The position numbers and the translations under genes were made by a program. Below the pieces are notes generated by a model, which saw only the letters and a program-made list of their open reading frames with translations, had not been told where the DNA came from and did not search any database. From Mycobacterium tuberculosis H37Rv (GTDB lineage: Bacteria; Actinomycetota; Actinomycetes; Mycobacteriales; Mycobacteriaceae), in assembly GCF_000195955.2 (NCBI RefSeq), contig NC_000962.3:540001-572000 (forward strand): a stretch of DNA of 32,000 nt, in the 5' to 3' direction. The stretch's first letter is position 1, and each line of letters opens with the position of its first letter. This document shows, one piece after another, positions 12,026 to 22,294 of this stretch.

Positions 12026-12550
12026 GTGCCCGATTTCGACACCGGCGCACACTCGCAGCGGTTCCTCTCGTTGGCCGGCCAGCAGGACAGGGCGGGGAAA
12101 TCCTGGCCAGGCTCGACGCCGAAGCCGCAGGAGGACCCCGTGGGTGTCGCGCCTTCGGCCAGCGTCGAGGTGCTGGGGTCCGAGCCGGCCGCCACGCTAG
12201 CGCACTCGGTTACAGTACCCGGTCGATATACCTACCTGAAGTGGTGGAAGTTCGTTCTAGTGGTCCTCGGCGTATGGATCGGTGCTGGCGAGGTCGGCCT
12301 GAGCTTGTTCTACTGGTGGTATCACACACTCGACAAGACGGCCGCCGTGTTCGTCGTCCTGGTCTACGTCGTCGCGTGCACCGTCGGTGGCTTGATCCTG
12401 GCGCTGGTGCCGGGCAGGCCACTGATCACGGCGTTGTCCCTCGGAGTGATGTCGGGGCCGTTTGCCTCGGTCGCCGCCGCGGCGCCGCTCTACGGCTACT
12501 ACTACTGCGAGCGGATGAGTCATTGCCTGGTCGGCGTCATTCCGTACTAG
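12026..12550 (+). CDS. Transmembrane protein (about 174 aa)
   Basis: Track ORF 11948..12550. The C-terminal half has 3-4 TM helices (WWKFVLVVLGVWIGAGEVGLSLFYWW, AAVFVVLVYVVACTVGGLILALV). Possible starts are GTG 12026 or GTG 11981, the latter overlapping the upstream stop. Confidence 0.7.
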   Translation: MPDFDTGAHSQRFLSLAGQQDRAGKSWPGSTPKPQEDPVGVAPSASVEVLGSEPAATLAHSVTVPGRYTYLKWWKFVLVVLGVWIGAGEVGLSLFYWWYHTLDKTAAVFVVLVYVVACTVGGLILALVPGRPLITALSLGVMSGPFASVAAAAPLYGYYYCERMSHCLVGVIPY

Positions 12551-12613
12551 TCGGTTGTCGGACTTGACCTACTGGGTCAGGCCGACGAGCACTCGACCAT
12601 TAGGGTAGGGGCC

Positions 12614-14008
12614 GTGACCCACTATGACGTCGTCGTTCTCGGAGCCGGTCCCGGCGGGTATGTCGCGGCGATTCGCGCCGCACAGCTCGGCCTGAGCACT
12701 GCAATCGTCGAACCCAAGTACTGGGGCGGAGTATGCCTCAATGTCGGCTGTATCCCATCCAAGGCGCTGTTGCGCAACGCCGAACTGGTCCACATCTTCA
12801 CCAAGGACGCCAAAGCATTTGGCATCAGCGGCGAGGTGACCTTCGACTACGGCATCGCCTATGACCGCAGCCGAAAGGTAGCCGAGGGCAGGGTGGCCGG
12901 TGTGCACTTCCTGATGAAGAAGAACAAGATCACCGAGATCCACGGGTACGGCACATTTGCCGACGCCAACACGTTGTTGGTTGATCTCAACGACGGCGGT
13001 ACAGAATCGGTCACGTTCGACAACGCCATCATCGCGACCGGCAGTAGCACCCGGCTGGTTCCCGGCACCTCACTGTCGGCCAACGTAGTCACCTACGAGG
13101 AACAGATCCTGTCCCGAGAGCTGCCGAAATCGATCATTATTGCCGGAGCTGGTGCCATTGGCATGGAGTTCGGCTACGTGCTGAAGAACTACGGCGTTGA
13201 CGTGACCATCGTGGAATTCCTTCCGCGGGCGCTGCCCAACGAGGACGCCGATGTGTCCAAGGAGATCGAGAAGCAGTTCAAAAAGCTGGGTGTCACGATC
13301 CTGACCGCCACGAAGGTCGAGTCCATCGCCGATGGCGGGTCGCAGGTCACCGTGACCGTCACCAAGGACGGCGTGGCGCAAGAGCTTAAGGCGGAAAAGG
13401 TGTTGCAGGCCATCGGATTTGCGCCCAACGTCGAAGGGTACGGGCTGGACAAGGCAGGCGTCGCGCTGACCGACCGCAAGGCTATCGGTGTCGACGACTA
13501 CATGCGTACCAACGTGGGCCACATCTACGCTATCGGCGATGTCAATGGATTACTGCAGCTGGCGCACGTCGCCGAGGCACAAGGCGTGGTAGCCGCCGAA
13601 ACCATTGCCGGTGCAGAGACTTTGACGCTGGGCGACCATCGGATGTTGCCGCGCGCGACGTTCTGTCAGCCAAACGTTGCCAGCTTCGGGCTCACCGAGC
13701 AGCAAGCCCGCAACGAAGGTTACGACGTGGTGGTGGCCAAGTTCCCGTTCACGGCCAACGCCAAGGCGCACGGCGTGGGTGACCCCAGTGGGTTCGTCAA
13801 GCTGGTGGCCGACGCCAAGCACGGCGAGCTACTGGGTGGGCACCTGGTCGGCCACGACGTGGCCGAGCTGCTGCCGGAGCTCACGCTGGCGCAGAGGTGG
13901 GACCTGACCGCCAGCGAGCTGGCTCGCAACGTCCACACCCACCCAACGATGTCTGAGGCGCTGCAGGAGTGCTTCCACGGCCTGGTTGGCCACATGATCA
14001 ATTTCTGA
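12614..14008 (+). CDS. lpdC: Dihydrolipoamide dehydrogenase (E3, flavoprotein disulfide reductase)
   Basis: 464-aa track ORF with a GTG start. It has the FAD motif [14 protein letters not shown], the redox-active disulfide [13 protein letters not shown] and a C-terminal HPT dimerisation motif. Confidence 0.96.
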
Positions 14009-14015
14009 GCGGCTC

Positions 14016-14309
14016 ATGACGAGGCGCGCGAGCACTGACACCCCCCAGATCATCATGGGTGCCATCGGTGGTGTGGTTACCGGCTACATCCTCTGGCTGG
14101 CGGCGATCTCCGTCGGCGATGGTCTGACGACGGTGAGTCAATGGAGTCGCGTGGTGTTATTGCTGTCGGTCCTGGTGGCGGTGTGCGGCGCGGCGGGCGG
14201 CTTGCGGCTGCGCAGCCGCGGCAAGCTCGCGTGGTCGGCGTTTGCTTTCAGTTTGCCGATTCCTCCCGTGGTGCTGACCGTGGCGGTGCTGGCCGACATC
14301 TACCTTTGA
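14016..14309 (+). CDS. Small membrane protein (97 aa)
   Basis: Track ORF beginning 8 nt after the lpdC stop, with three hydrophobic helices. Confidence 0.75.
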   Translation: MTRRASTDTPQIIMGAIGGVVTGYILWLAAISVGDGLTTVSQWSRVVLLLSVLVAVCGAAGGLRLRSRGKLAWSAFAFSLPIPPVVLTVAVLADIYL

Positions 14310-14312
14310 CGG

Positions 14313-14885
14313 CTACTGTGGGTTGTCCGGCGGGATGGCCAGGGCGGTGATCGTTGCGGCGATCGCGTCGTATTGGGTTGCGAGTAAACAGAATTCGATC
14401 AACAGGCGCGGATCGAGGTGAGTTGCCAGCCGCTCCCAGGTGCCCGCGGTGATCGTGCGATCCTTGATCAATTCATCGGTAGCCTGTAGCAGCGCCTGTT
14501 GGCGGGCGCTGAGCACTTTTCGCGGTCCGTCTCCATCTGGAACGTCGGGCCAGGCGAATATCGTGGCCTGGGTGTTGGCGTCTAGGCCCCGACGGCGCGC
14601 CATTCGGCGATGATGCTGAAGTTCGTATTCGCAAGATCGTAGGTGTGCGACCCGAAGGATCACCAACTCGGTATCGACGCCGGGCAGCCGCCCGTGCAGT
14701 AGTCGGCCGGTGTAGATGGCAAAGGTCCAGAACAAGTACTGGCGGTAGCCCAGCGTGGTGAACAGGTGCATCTGCGGTGCCCCAACCGCACGTGCGGCCA
14801 GCTTGGCCACCAGCCAGTTGACCGGCCCCAGCTGGCGGAACTTCCCCGGGGAGATACGCGCGACTTGGCCGTTCTGACCGGTCAT
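14313..14885 (-). CDS. Carboxymuconolactone decarboxylase (AhpD-like) family protein
   Basis: Track ORF 14313..14999 read from Met39 (MTGQNGQVARISPG...), giving 190 aa. Its ATG overlaps the ramB TGA (ATGA at 14882..14885). It has a CMD-type core, VAHLRSCEYELQHH. Confidence 0.85.
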   Translation of the reverse strand: MTGQNGQVARISPGKFRQLGPVNWLVAKLAARAVGAPQMHLFTTLGYRQYLFWTFAIYTGRLLHGRLPGVDTELVILRVAHLRSCEYELQHHRRMARRRGLDANTQATIFAWPDVPDGDGPRKVLSARQQALLQATDELIKDRTITAGTWERLATHLDPRLLIEFCLLATQYDAIAATITALAIPPDNPQ

Positions 14886-16306
14886 AGTTGTTTCACCAGA
14901 TACGGGGACACCGTGCTGCGGTGTTCGTCGAGATCCAGTGCCCGCCCCAAGGCGGGGAAGGCGCGTTGCGGACAGTTGTCGCGTTCGCAGACGCGGCAAC
15001 CGGCGCCGATAGGTGTGGCCGCAGTATTCGGGTCACCCGACAAGTCGAGTCCTTCCGAGTAGACGAGCCGGTGCGCGTGGCGAAGTTCGCAGCCCAGCCC
15101 GATCGCGAAGGTCTTACCGGGCTGACCATACCGGGCGGCCCGGAGCTCAACGGTGCGGGCCACCCACAGGTAGTTGCGGCCGTCGGGCATCTGGGCGATT
15201 TGCACCAAGATCTTCCCCGGGTTGGCAAACGTTTCGTAGACGTTCCACAGCGGGCAGGTGCCGCCGCTGGAGGAGAAGTGAAAGCCGGTGGCCGACTGAC
15301 GTTTTGACATGTTTCCCGCTCGGTCCACCCGGACGAAGGTGAACGGGACCCCGCGCATCGAAGGCCGTTGTAGTGTCGACAGCCGGTGGGCGATGGTCTC
15401 GTAGCTCACCGAGTAGAACGCCGACAGCCGCTCGACGTCGTAGCGGAAATTCTCGGCGACGTCGTGGAACTGGCGGTAGGGCAGCACGGTGGCCGCGGCG
15501 AAGTAATTAGCCAGGCCCAGCCGGGCCAACGTCCGCGACTCGGCGCTGGTGAACTTGCCGTCGGTGACCATGGCGTCGATGAGGTCGCCGAACTCGAGAT
15601 AGGCCAACTCGGCGGCCATCTTGAACACCTGCTGGCCCGGGGAGAGGTGACTGCTGATCTCCAGCGTGTTGGTCGCGGGGTCGTAGCGGTGCAGCACGGT
15701 GTCACCGAGGTCGATGCGCTTGTTGATGCGTACTCCGTGCACCTCGGTGAGCCGGCGGGTCAATTCGCGGGCCAGGTCGCCGTGGTGCATCCGCATCTGG
15801 GCCGTGAGGTCTTCGGCCGCGGTGTCCAGCGCATGTAGATAGTTCTGGCGTTGGTAGAAGTAGTCGCGCACCTCTTCGTGCGGCATGGTGATCGACCCTC
15901 GGCCACTGCCGTCGGAGAACCGCTCCTCGGTCGCGGCGGCCAGCTGCGCGGTGGTGATCCGGTAGCGCCGATGCAGGTTGACCACCGCGCAGGCCAGCCC
16001 GGGATGAGCGCTGACCATTTCGGCCACTTCATGCGGGTCGATGGCGATGTCTAGATCGCGGTCCAGGGTCACCTCCCTGAGTTCGGCAACCAGCCGGGTG
16101 TCGTCCTGGGAGGCAAAGAACGTCGCGTCCACCCCGAACACTTCGGTGATGCGCAGCAGCACGGCCACGGTCAGCGGCCGGACGTCGTGTTCGATCTGGT
16201 TCAGATAGCTCGGCGAGATCTCCAGCATCTGGGCCAGCGCGGCCTGGCTGAACCCGCGCTCGTTACGCAGTTGGCGGACCCGCGAGCCGACGTAGGTCTT
16301 GGACAC
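14882..16306 (-). CDS. ramB: RamB, XRE-HTH plus ImmA-like domain regulator of acetate / glyoxylate-shunt genes (short-chain fatty acyl-CoA regulator family)
   Basis: Track ORF 14882..16471. GTG 16306 gives 474 aa starting VSKTYVGSRVRQLRNERGFSQAALAQMLEISPSYLNQIEHD (HTH). The C-terminus has a Cys cluster, CPLW...CRVCERDNCPQRAFP. Confidence 0.92.
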   Translation of the reverse strand: MSKTYVGSRVRQLRNERGFSQAALAQMLEISPSYLNQIEHDVRPLTVAVLLRITEVFGVDATFFASQDDTRLVAELREVTLDRDLDIAIDPHEVAEMVSAHPGLACAVVNLHRRYRITTAQLAAATEERFSDGSGRGSITMPHEEVRDYFYQRQNYLHALDTAAEDLTAQMRMHHGDLARELTRRLTEVHGVRINKRIDLGDTVLHRYDPATNTLEISSHLSPGQQVFKMAAELAYLEFGDLIDAMVTDGKFTSAESRTLARLGLANYFAAATVLPYRQFHDVAENFRYDVERLSAFYSVSYETIAHRLSTLQRPSMRGVPFTFVRVDRAGNMSKRQSATGFHFSSSGGTCPLWNVYETFANPGKILVQIAQMPDGRNYLWVARTVELRAARYGQPGKTFAIGLGCELRHAHRLVYSEGLDLSGDPNTAATPIGAGCRVCERDNCPQRAFPALGRALDLDEHRSTVSPYLVKQL

Positions 16307-16457
16307 CCAACCGAGCGTACCGGGTGTTGTGAAGACGCCATTCGCAGAGTTAGCAAGCGTGCTGCGATTGGTGTTTCCGCCACGGCGTTGGCATGATTCG
16401 CACCGGGACTCAAGGGTGAGCCTGAGGTACACGCGAGGAGGAAATGGGGAGAACGCC

Positions 16458-17252
16458 GTGAGCCTCGACAAAAAATTGATGCCCGTGCCCGACGGTCACC
16501 CCGACGTGTTCGACCGAGAATGGCCGCTGCGCGTCGGCGACATCGACCGCGCGGGCCGGCTGCGGCTGGACGCGGCTTGTCGGCACATCCAGGACATCGG
16601 TCAGGACCAACTGCGCGAGATGGGCTTCGAGGAGACCCACCCGCTGTGGATCGTCCGCAGGACCATGGTGGACCTTATCCGGCCGATCGAGTTCGGCGAC
16701 ATGCTGCGGTGTCGGCGCTGGTGCTCGGGCACCTCCAACCGGTGGTGTGAGATGCGAGTTCGTGTCGATGGCCGCAAGGGCGGCCTGATCGAATCCGAGG
16801 CGTTCTGGATCCACGTCAACCGGGAAACCGAGATGCCGGCCCGCATTGCCGACGACTTCCTCGCGGGTCTGCACCGGACCACGTCTGTTGATCGGCTGCG
16901 CTGGAAGGGCTATCTGAAGCCGGGCAGCCGGGATGATGCGTCGGAGATCCACGAGTTCCCGGTCCGGGTCACCGATATCGACTTGTTCGACCACATGAAC
17001 AACGCTGTCTATTGGAGTGTGATCGAGGACTACCTGGCGTCGCATGCAGAGCTGCTGCGGGGCCCTTTGCGGGTGACCATCGAGCATGAGGCGCCGGTTG
17101 CGCTCGGCGACAAGCTGGAGATCATCTCCCACGTTCACCCGGCTGGTTCGACCGAGATATTCGGCCCGGGGTTGGTCGACCGCGCTGTTACAACGCTCAC
17201 ATATGTGGTTGGCGACGAGCCCAAGGCAGTCGCCTCGCTGTTCAATCTGTGA
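16458..17252 (+). CDS. Acyl-ACP thioesterase family protein (double hot-dog)
   Basis: Track ORF 16299..17252. GTG 16458 (264 aa) is preceded by GAGGAGGAA. The two repeated halves are typical of the FatA/B-like thioesterase fold. Confidence 0.85.
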   Translation: MSLDKKLMPVPDGHPDVFDREWPLRVGDIDRAGRLRLDAACRHIQDIGQDQLREMGFEETHPLWIVRRTMVDLIRPIEFGDMLRCRRWCSGTSNRWCEMRVRVDGRKGGLIESEAFWIHVNRETEMPARIADDFLAGLHRTTSVDRLRWKGYLKPGSRDDASEIHEFPVRVTDIDLFDHMNNAVYWSVIEDYLASHAELLRGPLRVTIEHEAPVALGDKLEIISHVHPAGSTEIFGPGLVDRAVTTLTYVVGDEPKAVASLFNL

Positions 17253-17347
17253 CCGGATCCGCAGGACGTCGATCCGTGGGTTTACCTGCGGATTTGTCGT
17301 TACTGGCGGGTAGCTTCTGAAACGGTTCAGTTTTTGGGCGACTTCGC

Positions 17348-17360
17348 AAAATTTGCAAAA
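17348..17360. promoter_or_regulatory. RamB-type operator box upstream of icl1
   Basis: AAAATTTGCAAAA is 12/13 to the corynebacterial RamB consensus A(A/G)AACTTTGCAAA (from memory) and contains the palindrome TTTGCAAA. It is flanked by CTTCGCAAA (17342..17350) and ATTCGCAAG (17382..17390). It lies about 170 bp upstream of the icl1 ATG. Confidence 0.55.
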
Positions 17361-17526
17361 AGTCCGCAGGCCGTTGCCGAAATTCGCAAGTGAAATGGGT
17401 GGACCAGCGTTGACACGCTGTGCCATGGTCGAGTTAGCACACCAGTGAAGCTGCGCCGTTGACACCGCCTGGACGACGGTAGGGCGTCAGCGTTTTCGGC
17501 AATGAAAGACCGTTAAGGAGTTGTCT

Positions 17527-18813
17527 ATGTCTGTCGTCGGCACCCCGAAGAGCGCGGAGCAGATCCAGCAGGAATGGGACACGAACCCGCGCTGGAAGGA
17601 CGTCACCCGCACCTACTCCGCCGAGGACGTCGTCGCCCTCCAGGGCAGCGTGGTCGAGGAGCACACGCTGGCCCGCCGCGGTGCGGAGGTGCTGTGGGAG
17701 CAGCTGCACGACCTCGAGTGGGTCAACGCGCTGGGCGCGCTGACCGGCAACATGGCCGTCCAGCAGGTGCGCGCCGGCCTGAAGGCCATCTACCTGTCGG
17801 GCTGGCAGGTCGCCGGCGATGCCAACCTGTCCGGGCACACCTACCCCGACCAGAGCCTGTATCCCGCCAACTCGGTGCCGCAGGTGGTCCGCCGGATCAA
17901 CAACGCACTGCAGCGCGCCGACCAGATCGCCAAGATCGAGGGCGATACTTCGGTGGAGAACTGGCTGGCGCCGATTGTCGCCGACGGCGAGGCCGGCTTT
18001 GGCGGCGCGCTCAACGTCTACGAGCTGCAGAAAGCCCTGATCGCCGCGGGCGTTGCGGGTTCGCACTGGGAGGACCAGTTGGCCTCTGAGAAGAAGTGCG
18101 GCCACCTGGGCGGCAAGGTGTTGATCCCGACCCAGCAGCACATCCGCACTTTGACGTCTGCTCGGCTCGCGGCCGATGTGGCTGATGTTCCCACGGTGGT
18201 GATCGCCCGTACCGACGCCGAGGCGGCCACGCTGATCACCTCCGACGTCGACGAGCGCGACCAGCCGTTCATCACCGGCGAGCGCACCCGGGAAGGCTTC
18301 TACCGCACCAAGAACGGCATCGAGCCTTGCATCGCTCGGGCGAAGGCCTACGCCCCGTTCGCCGACTTGATCTGGATGGAGACCGGTACCCCGGACCTCG
18401 AGGCCGCCCGGCAGTTCTCCGAGGCGGTCAAGGCGGAGTACCCGGACCAGATGCTGGCCTACAACTGCTCGCCATCGTTCAACTGGAAAAAGCACCTCGA
18501 CGACGCCACCATCGCCAAGTTCCAGAAGGAGCTGGCAGCCATGGGCTTCAAGTTCCAGTTCATCACGCTGGCCGGCTTCCATGCGCTGAACTACTCGATG
18601 TTCGATCTGGCCTACGGCTACGCCCAGAACCAGATGAGCGCGTATGTCGAACTGCAGGAACGCGAGTTCGCCGCCGAAGAACGGGGCTACACCGCGACCA
18701 AGCACCAGCGCGAGGTCGGCGCCGGCTACTTCGACCGGATTGCCACCACCGTGGACCCGAATTCGTCGACCACCGCGTTGACCGGTTCCACCGAAGAGGG
18801 CCAGTTCCACTAG
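17527..18813 (+). CDS. icl1: Isocitrate lyase (glyoxylate shunt / methylisocitrate lyase)
   Basis: Track ORF 17521..18813. The start [18 protein letters not shown] gives 428 aa, with the ICL signature KKCGHLGGK. An AAGGAG SD lies upstream. Confidence 0.97.
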   Translation: MSVVGTPKSAEQIQQEWDTNPRWKDVTRTYSAEDVVALQGSVVEEHTLARRGAEVLWEQLHDLEWVNALGALTGNMAVQQVRAGLKAIYLSGWQVAGDANLSGHTYPDQSLYPANSVPQVVRRINNALQRADQIAKIEGDTSVENWLAPIVADGEAGFGGALNVYELQKALIAAGVAGSHWEDQLASEKKCGHLGGKVLIPTQQHIRTLTSARLAADVADVPTVVIARTDAEAATLITSDVDERDQPFITGERTREGFYRTKNGIEPCIARAKAYAPFADLIWMETGTPDLEAARQFSEAVKAEYPDQMLAYNCSPSFNWKKHLDDATIAKFQKELAAMGFKFQFITLAGFHALNYSMFDLAYGYAQNQMSAYVELQEREFAAEERGYTATKHQREVGAGYFDRIATTVDPNSSTTALTGSTEEGQFH

Positions 18814-18818
18814 TCTGC

Positions 18819-18876
18819 CGAGCAGACGCAAAAGCACCCTTTTGCGGCGCAAAAGTGGCGCTTTTGCGTCTGCTCG
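18819..18876 (+). terminator. Compound hairpin between icl1 and fadB2 (17-bp perfect outer stem plus 7-bp inner stem)
   Basis: CGAGCAGACGCAAAAGC (18819..18835) pairs perfectly with GCTTTTGCGTCTGCTCG (18860..18876). The inner pair is CTTTTGC-GGC-GCAAAAG at 18839..18855. It starts 6 nt after the icl1 stop, has no U-tract, and ends 18 nt before the fadB2 GTG. Confidence 0.6.
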
Positions 18877-18894
18877 CGCATTTGAGGAGGAACA

Positions 18895-19755
18895 GTGAGC
18901 GATGCGATCCAGCGGGTAGGGGTTGTCGGGGCCGGGCAGATGGGGTCCGGCATCGCCGAGGTCTCGGCTCGCGCCGGCGTCGAAGTGACGGTGTTCGAGC
19001 CGGCCGAGGCGTTGATCACCGCGGGACGCAACCGCATCGTGAAGTCGCTGGAGCGGGCCGTCAGCGCCGGCAAGGTAACCGAGCGCGAGCGTGACCGCGC
19101 CCTCGGCCTGTTGACCTTCACCACCGACCTCAACGACCTATCCGATAGGCAACTGGTGATCGAGGCCGTTGTCGAGGACGAGGCCGTCAAGTCCGAGATC
19201 TTCGCCGAGCTCGACCGGGTCGTCACCGATCCGGACGCGGTGCTGGCGTCGAATACCTCCAGCATCCCGATCATGAAGGTCGCCGCGGCCACCAAGCAGC
19301 CGCAACGGGTTCTTGGCCTGCATTTCTTCAATCCGGTCCCGGTGCTGCCGCTGGTCGAGTTGGTGCGCACGCTGGTCACCGACGAAGCCGCCGCCGCGCG
19401 CACGGAGGAGTTTGCCAGTACTGTGCTGGGCAAACAGGTCGTGCGTTGCTCCGACCGCTCCGGATTCGTGGTCAATGCGCTCCTGGTGCCGTATTTGCTG
19501 TCGGCGATTCGGATGGTCGAGGCCGGGTTTGCCACCGTCGAAGATGTCGACAAGGCCGTTGTTGCGGGGTTATCGCACCCGATGGGTCCGCTGCGGCTTT
19601 CCGATCTTGTCGGCCTAGACACCCTCAAGCTGATCGCGGACAAGATGTTCGAAGAATTCAAAGAACCGCACTACGGGCCCCCTCCGCTGTTGCTGCGTAT
19701 GGTTGAGGCGGGCCAGTTGGGAAAGAAATCGGGTCGAGGTTTCTACACGTACTGA
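18895..19755 (+). CDS. fadB2: 3-hydroxybutyryl-CoA dehydrogenase
   Basis: 286-aa track ORF. The GTG start is preceded by GAGGAGG. Rossmann motif VGVVGAGQMGSGIA. HCDH family C-terminal domain. Confidence 0.95.
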   Translation: MSDAIQRVGVVGAGQMGSGIAEVSARAGVEVTVFEPAEALITAGRNRIVKSLERAVSAGKVTERERDRALGLLTFTTDLNDLSDRQLVIEAVVEDEAVKSEIFAELDRVVTDPDAVLASNTSSIPIMKVAAATKQPQRVLGLHFFNPVPVLPLVELVRTLVTDEAAAARTEEFASTVLGKQVVRCSDRSGFVVNALLVPYLLSAIRMVEAGFATVEDVDKAVVAGLSHPMGPLRLSDLVGLDTLKLIADKMFEEFKEPHYGPPPLLLRMVEAGQLGKKSGRGFYTY

Positions 19756-19851
19756 AGTGTATGAACGGCCCCCAGGCTTGACGCAAGGCGAGATCACAGA
19801 CCGAGACGGTGTGGTTACGATCGTGTGACAGCCGTTGCGTACATCGGGTAG

Positions 19852-20748
<897 letters not shown>

Positions 20749-20847
20749 CCCATCGCCGCCCGAGCACCCCAGGGGTTGCGGAGCTCACGCCGGGTGTGGC
20801 TTGACGCCCGGGCACCGGCCGGTGGGTAGCCAGCGCGCTTTGTCCGG

Positions 20848-21711
20848 TTACTTTTCCAGTGTGAACTGGTCGACGTCGGTGTAACCCTGGCGGAACAGCT
20901 TCGCGCAGCCGGTCAGGTACTTCATGTAGCGGTCGTAGACAGTCTGCGACTGGATCGCGATGGCCTGATCTTTGTTGGCCTCGAGCGCTGTGGCCCACAT
21001 GTCCAGCGTCCTGGCGTAGTGCAGCTGCAATGACTGGACCGCGGTGACCCGGAAGCCGACCTTCTCGGCGTACTCGTGCACCGTCGGGATGGACGGCAGC
21101 CAGCCACCGGGGAAGATCTCGGCCAGGATGAATTTGGTGAAGTGAACCAGTTCGTGGGTCAACGTCAGGCCCTTTTCCCTGCCTTCTTTGAAGGTGGGGC
21201 GCACGATGGTGTGCAGCAACATCTTGCCGTCGGCCGGCAACGTGCGGTGGGTCACCTCGAAGAAATGGTGGTAGCGCTGGTGGCCGAAGTGCTCGAACGC
21301 GCCGATCGAGACGATGCGGTCGACGGGCTCGTCAAATTTCTCCCATCCCTCCAGCAACACTCGTCTGGAGCGGGGGGTGTCCATTTGGTCGAACATTTTC
21401 TGGACATGACCGGCCTGGTTCTCCGACAACGTCAGGCCCACGACATTGACGTCGTATTTCTCGATGGCGCGCCGCATGGTCGCGCCCCAGCCGCAGCCGA
21501 TGTCCAGCAACGTCATCCCGGGTTCGAGGTTCAGCTTGCCCAGGGCCAGGTCGATCTTGGCGATCTGGGCCTCCTGCAGCGTCATGTCGTCGCGTTCGAA
21601 GTAGGCACAGCTGTAGGTCTGGGTGGGGTCCAAGAACAGCCGGAAAAAGTCGTCGGAGAGGTCGTAATGAGCTTGCACGTTTCCAAAATGCGGCGTGAGC
21701 TGCACGGACAT
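20848..21711 (-). CDS. pcaA: Cyclopropane mycolic acid synthase (proximal cyclopropanation of alpha-mycolates)
   Basis: 287-aa track ORF. MSVQLTPHFGNVQAHYDLSDDFFRLFLDPTQTYSCAYF...[12 protein letters not shown]. It is a paralogue of umaA and convergent with it. Confidence 0.95.
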   Translation of the reverse strand: MSVQLTPHFGNVQAHYDLSDDFFRLFLDPTQTYSCAYFERDDMTLQEAQIAKIDLALGKLNLEPGMTLLDIGCGWGATMRRAIEKYDVNVVGLTLSENQAGHVQKMFDQMDTPRSRRVLLEGWEKFDEPVDRIVSIGAFEHFGHQRYHHFFEVTHRTLPADGKMLLHTIVRPTFKEGREKGLTLTHELVHFTKFILAEIFPGGWLPSIPTVHEYAEKVGFRVTAVQSLQLHYARTLDMWATALEANKDQAIAIQSQTVYDRYMKYLTGCAKLFRQGYTDVDQFTLEK

Positions 21712-21853
21712 ACCGATTGAGCCTTTCTGTGTTCCGAGGCCCGCATCCGCTTGCCTCGACGCACCCCTGATCTATCCCCGATGCATCCCTTGCATGCTAG
21801 CTGCTGAAAGGCGGCCCAGTCGCAATCGGCGCCATGACCAGCTGTCGCAGCCG

Positions 21854-22294
21854 TCAGCGAAAATCACCAGGCGCGCCGCCAGGCACCGATCGCCAGGCCC
21901 ACAACCAGCAGCGCACCGGCCTGACGCACGTGCAGCCAGGCCAACGCGGCATACCACAGCGGCCACACCGGAAACGCCGGTGGCGGCTGCTGGGGCCGCC
22001 GTCGCAGGAAATAGGGCCACACTTTCGCCAGCCGGGGCAGCGCCCCGGCGACCAGCAACGCGGCCAGGGCATGGCAGCCAGCATGACGTTTACGGCGATA
22101 AGTAGGTAGAAGCCGACCATCATGGCCAGTGTCACGGTGCGCGCGCACGTTTCGCCGAGTAGCACCGGCAGCGTTCGGATACCCAGCGGTTCGTCGTAAC
22201 CGATCTTGTCGATGTGCTTACCCATCAGCACCGTGGTGCACAACAGCCCGTAGGGGAGCGACGCCAGCACGACCTCCCAACCGCCCGCGCCCAC
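21854..22294 (-). pseudogene. Central fragment of a decayed UbiA-family prenyltransferase gene (stand-alone ORF of 146 codons)
   Basis: The track ORF reads GGWEVVLASLPYGLLCTTVLMGKHIDKIGYDEPLGIRTLPVLLGETCARTVTLAMMVGFYLLIAVNVMLAAMPWP, which is the second Asp-rich motif region of UbiA/MenA-type enzymes. It then becomes an Arg/Cys/Trp-rich nonsense tail. The family-like C-terminus continues in another frame (ORF 21864..22148: ALAALLVAGALPRLAKVWPYFLRRRPQQPPPAFPVWPLWYAALAWLHVRQAGALLVVGLAIGAW). Confidence 0.65.

Noticed and set aside
14886-14999. The 38-codon N-terminal extension of the CMD-family ORF, and the 55-codon extension of the ramB ORF (16307..16471)
   Set aside because: The extensions overlap neighbouring genes or intergenic control regions and are Arg/Pro-rich. 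The internal starts give ATGA coupling for the CMD gene and place the HTH at the N-terminus for ramB.
16410-17465. 351-aa minus-strand ORF
   Set aside because: It is antisense to the thioesterase gene and runs through the icl1 upstream region. It has no motifs and a shadow-frame composition.
17434-18852. 472-aa minus-strand ORF, the longest unexplained ORF in the track
   Set aside because: It is an exact antisense of icl1, whose identity is certain. Its Leu/Gly/Arg/Val-rich composition is low-information. This is a well-known artefact of GC3-rich genes.
18810-19661. 283-aa minus-strand ORF
   Set aside because: It is antisense to fadB2. Its Ser/Thr/Arg-rich composition has no domain signature.
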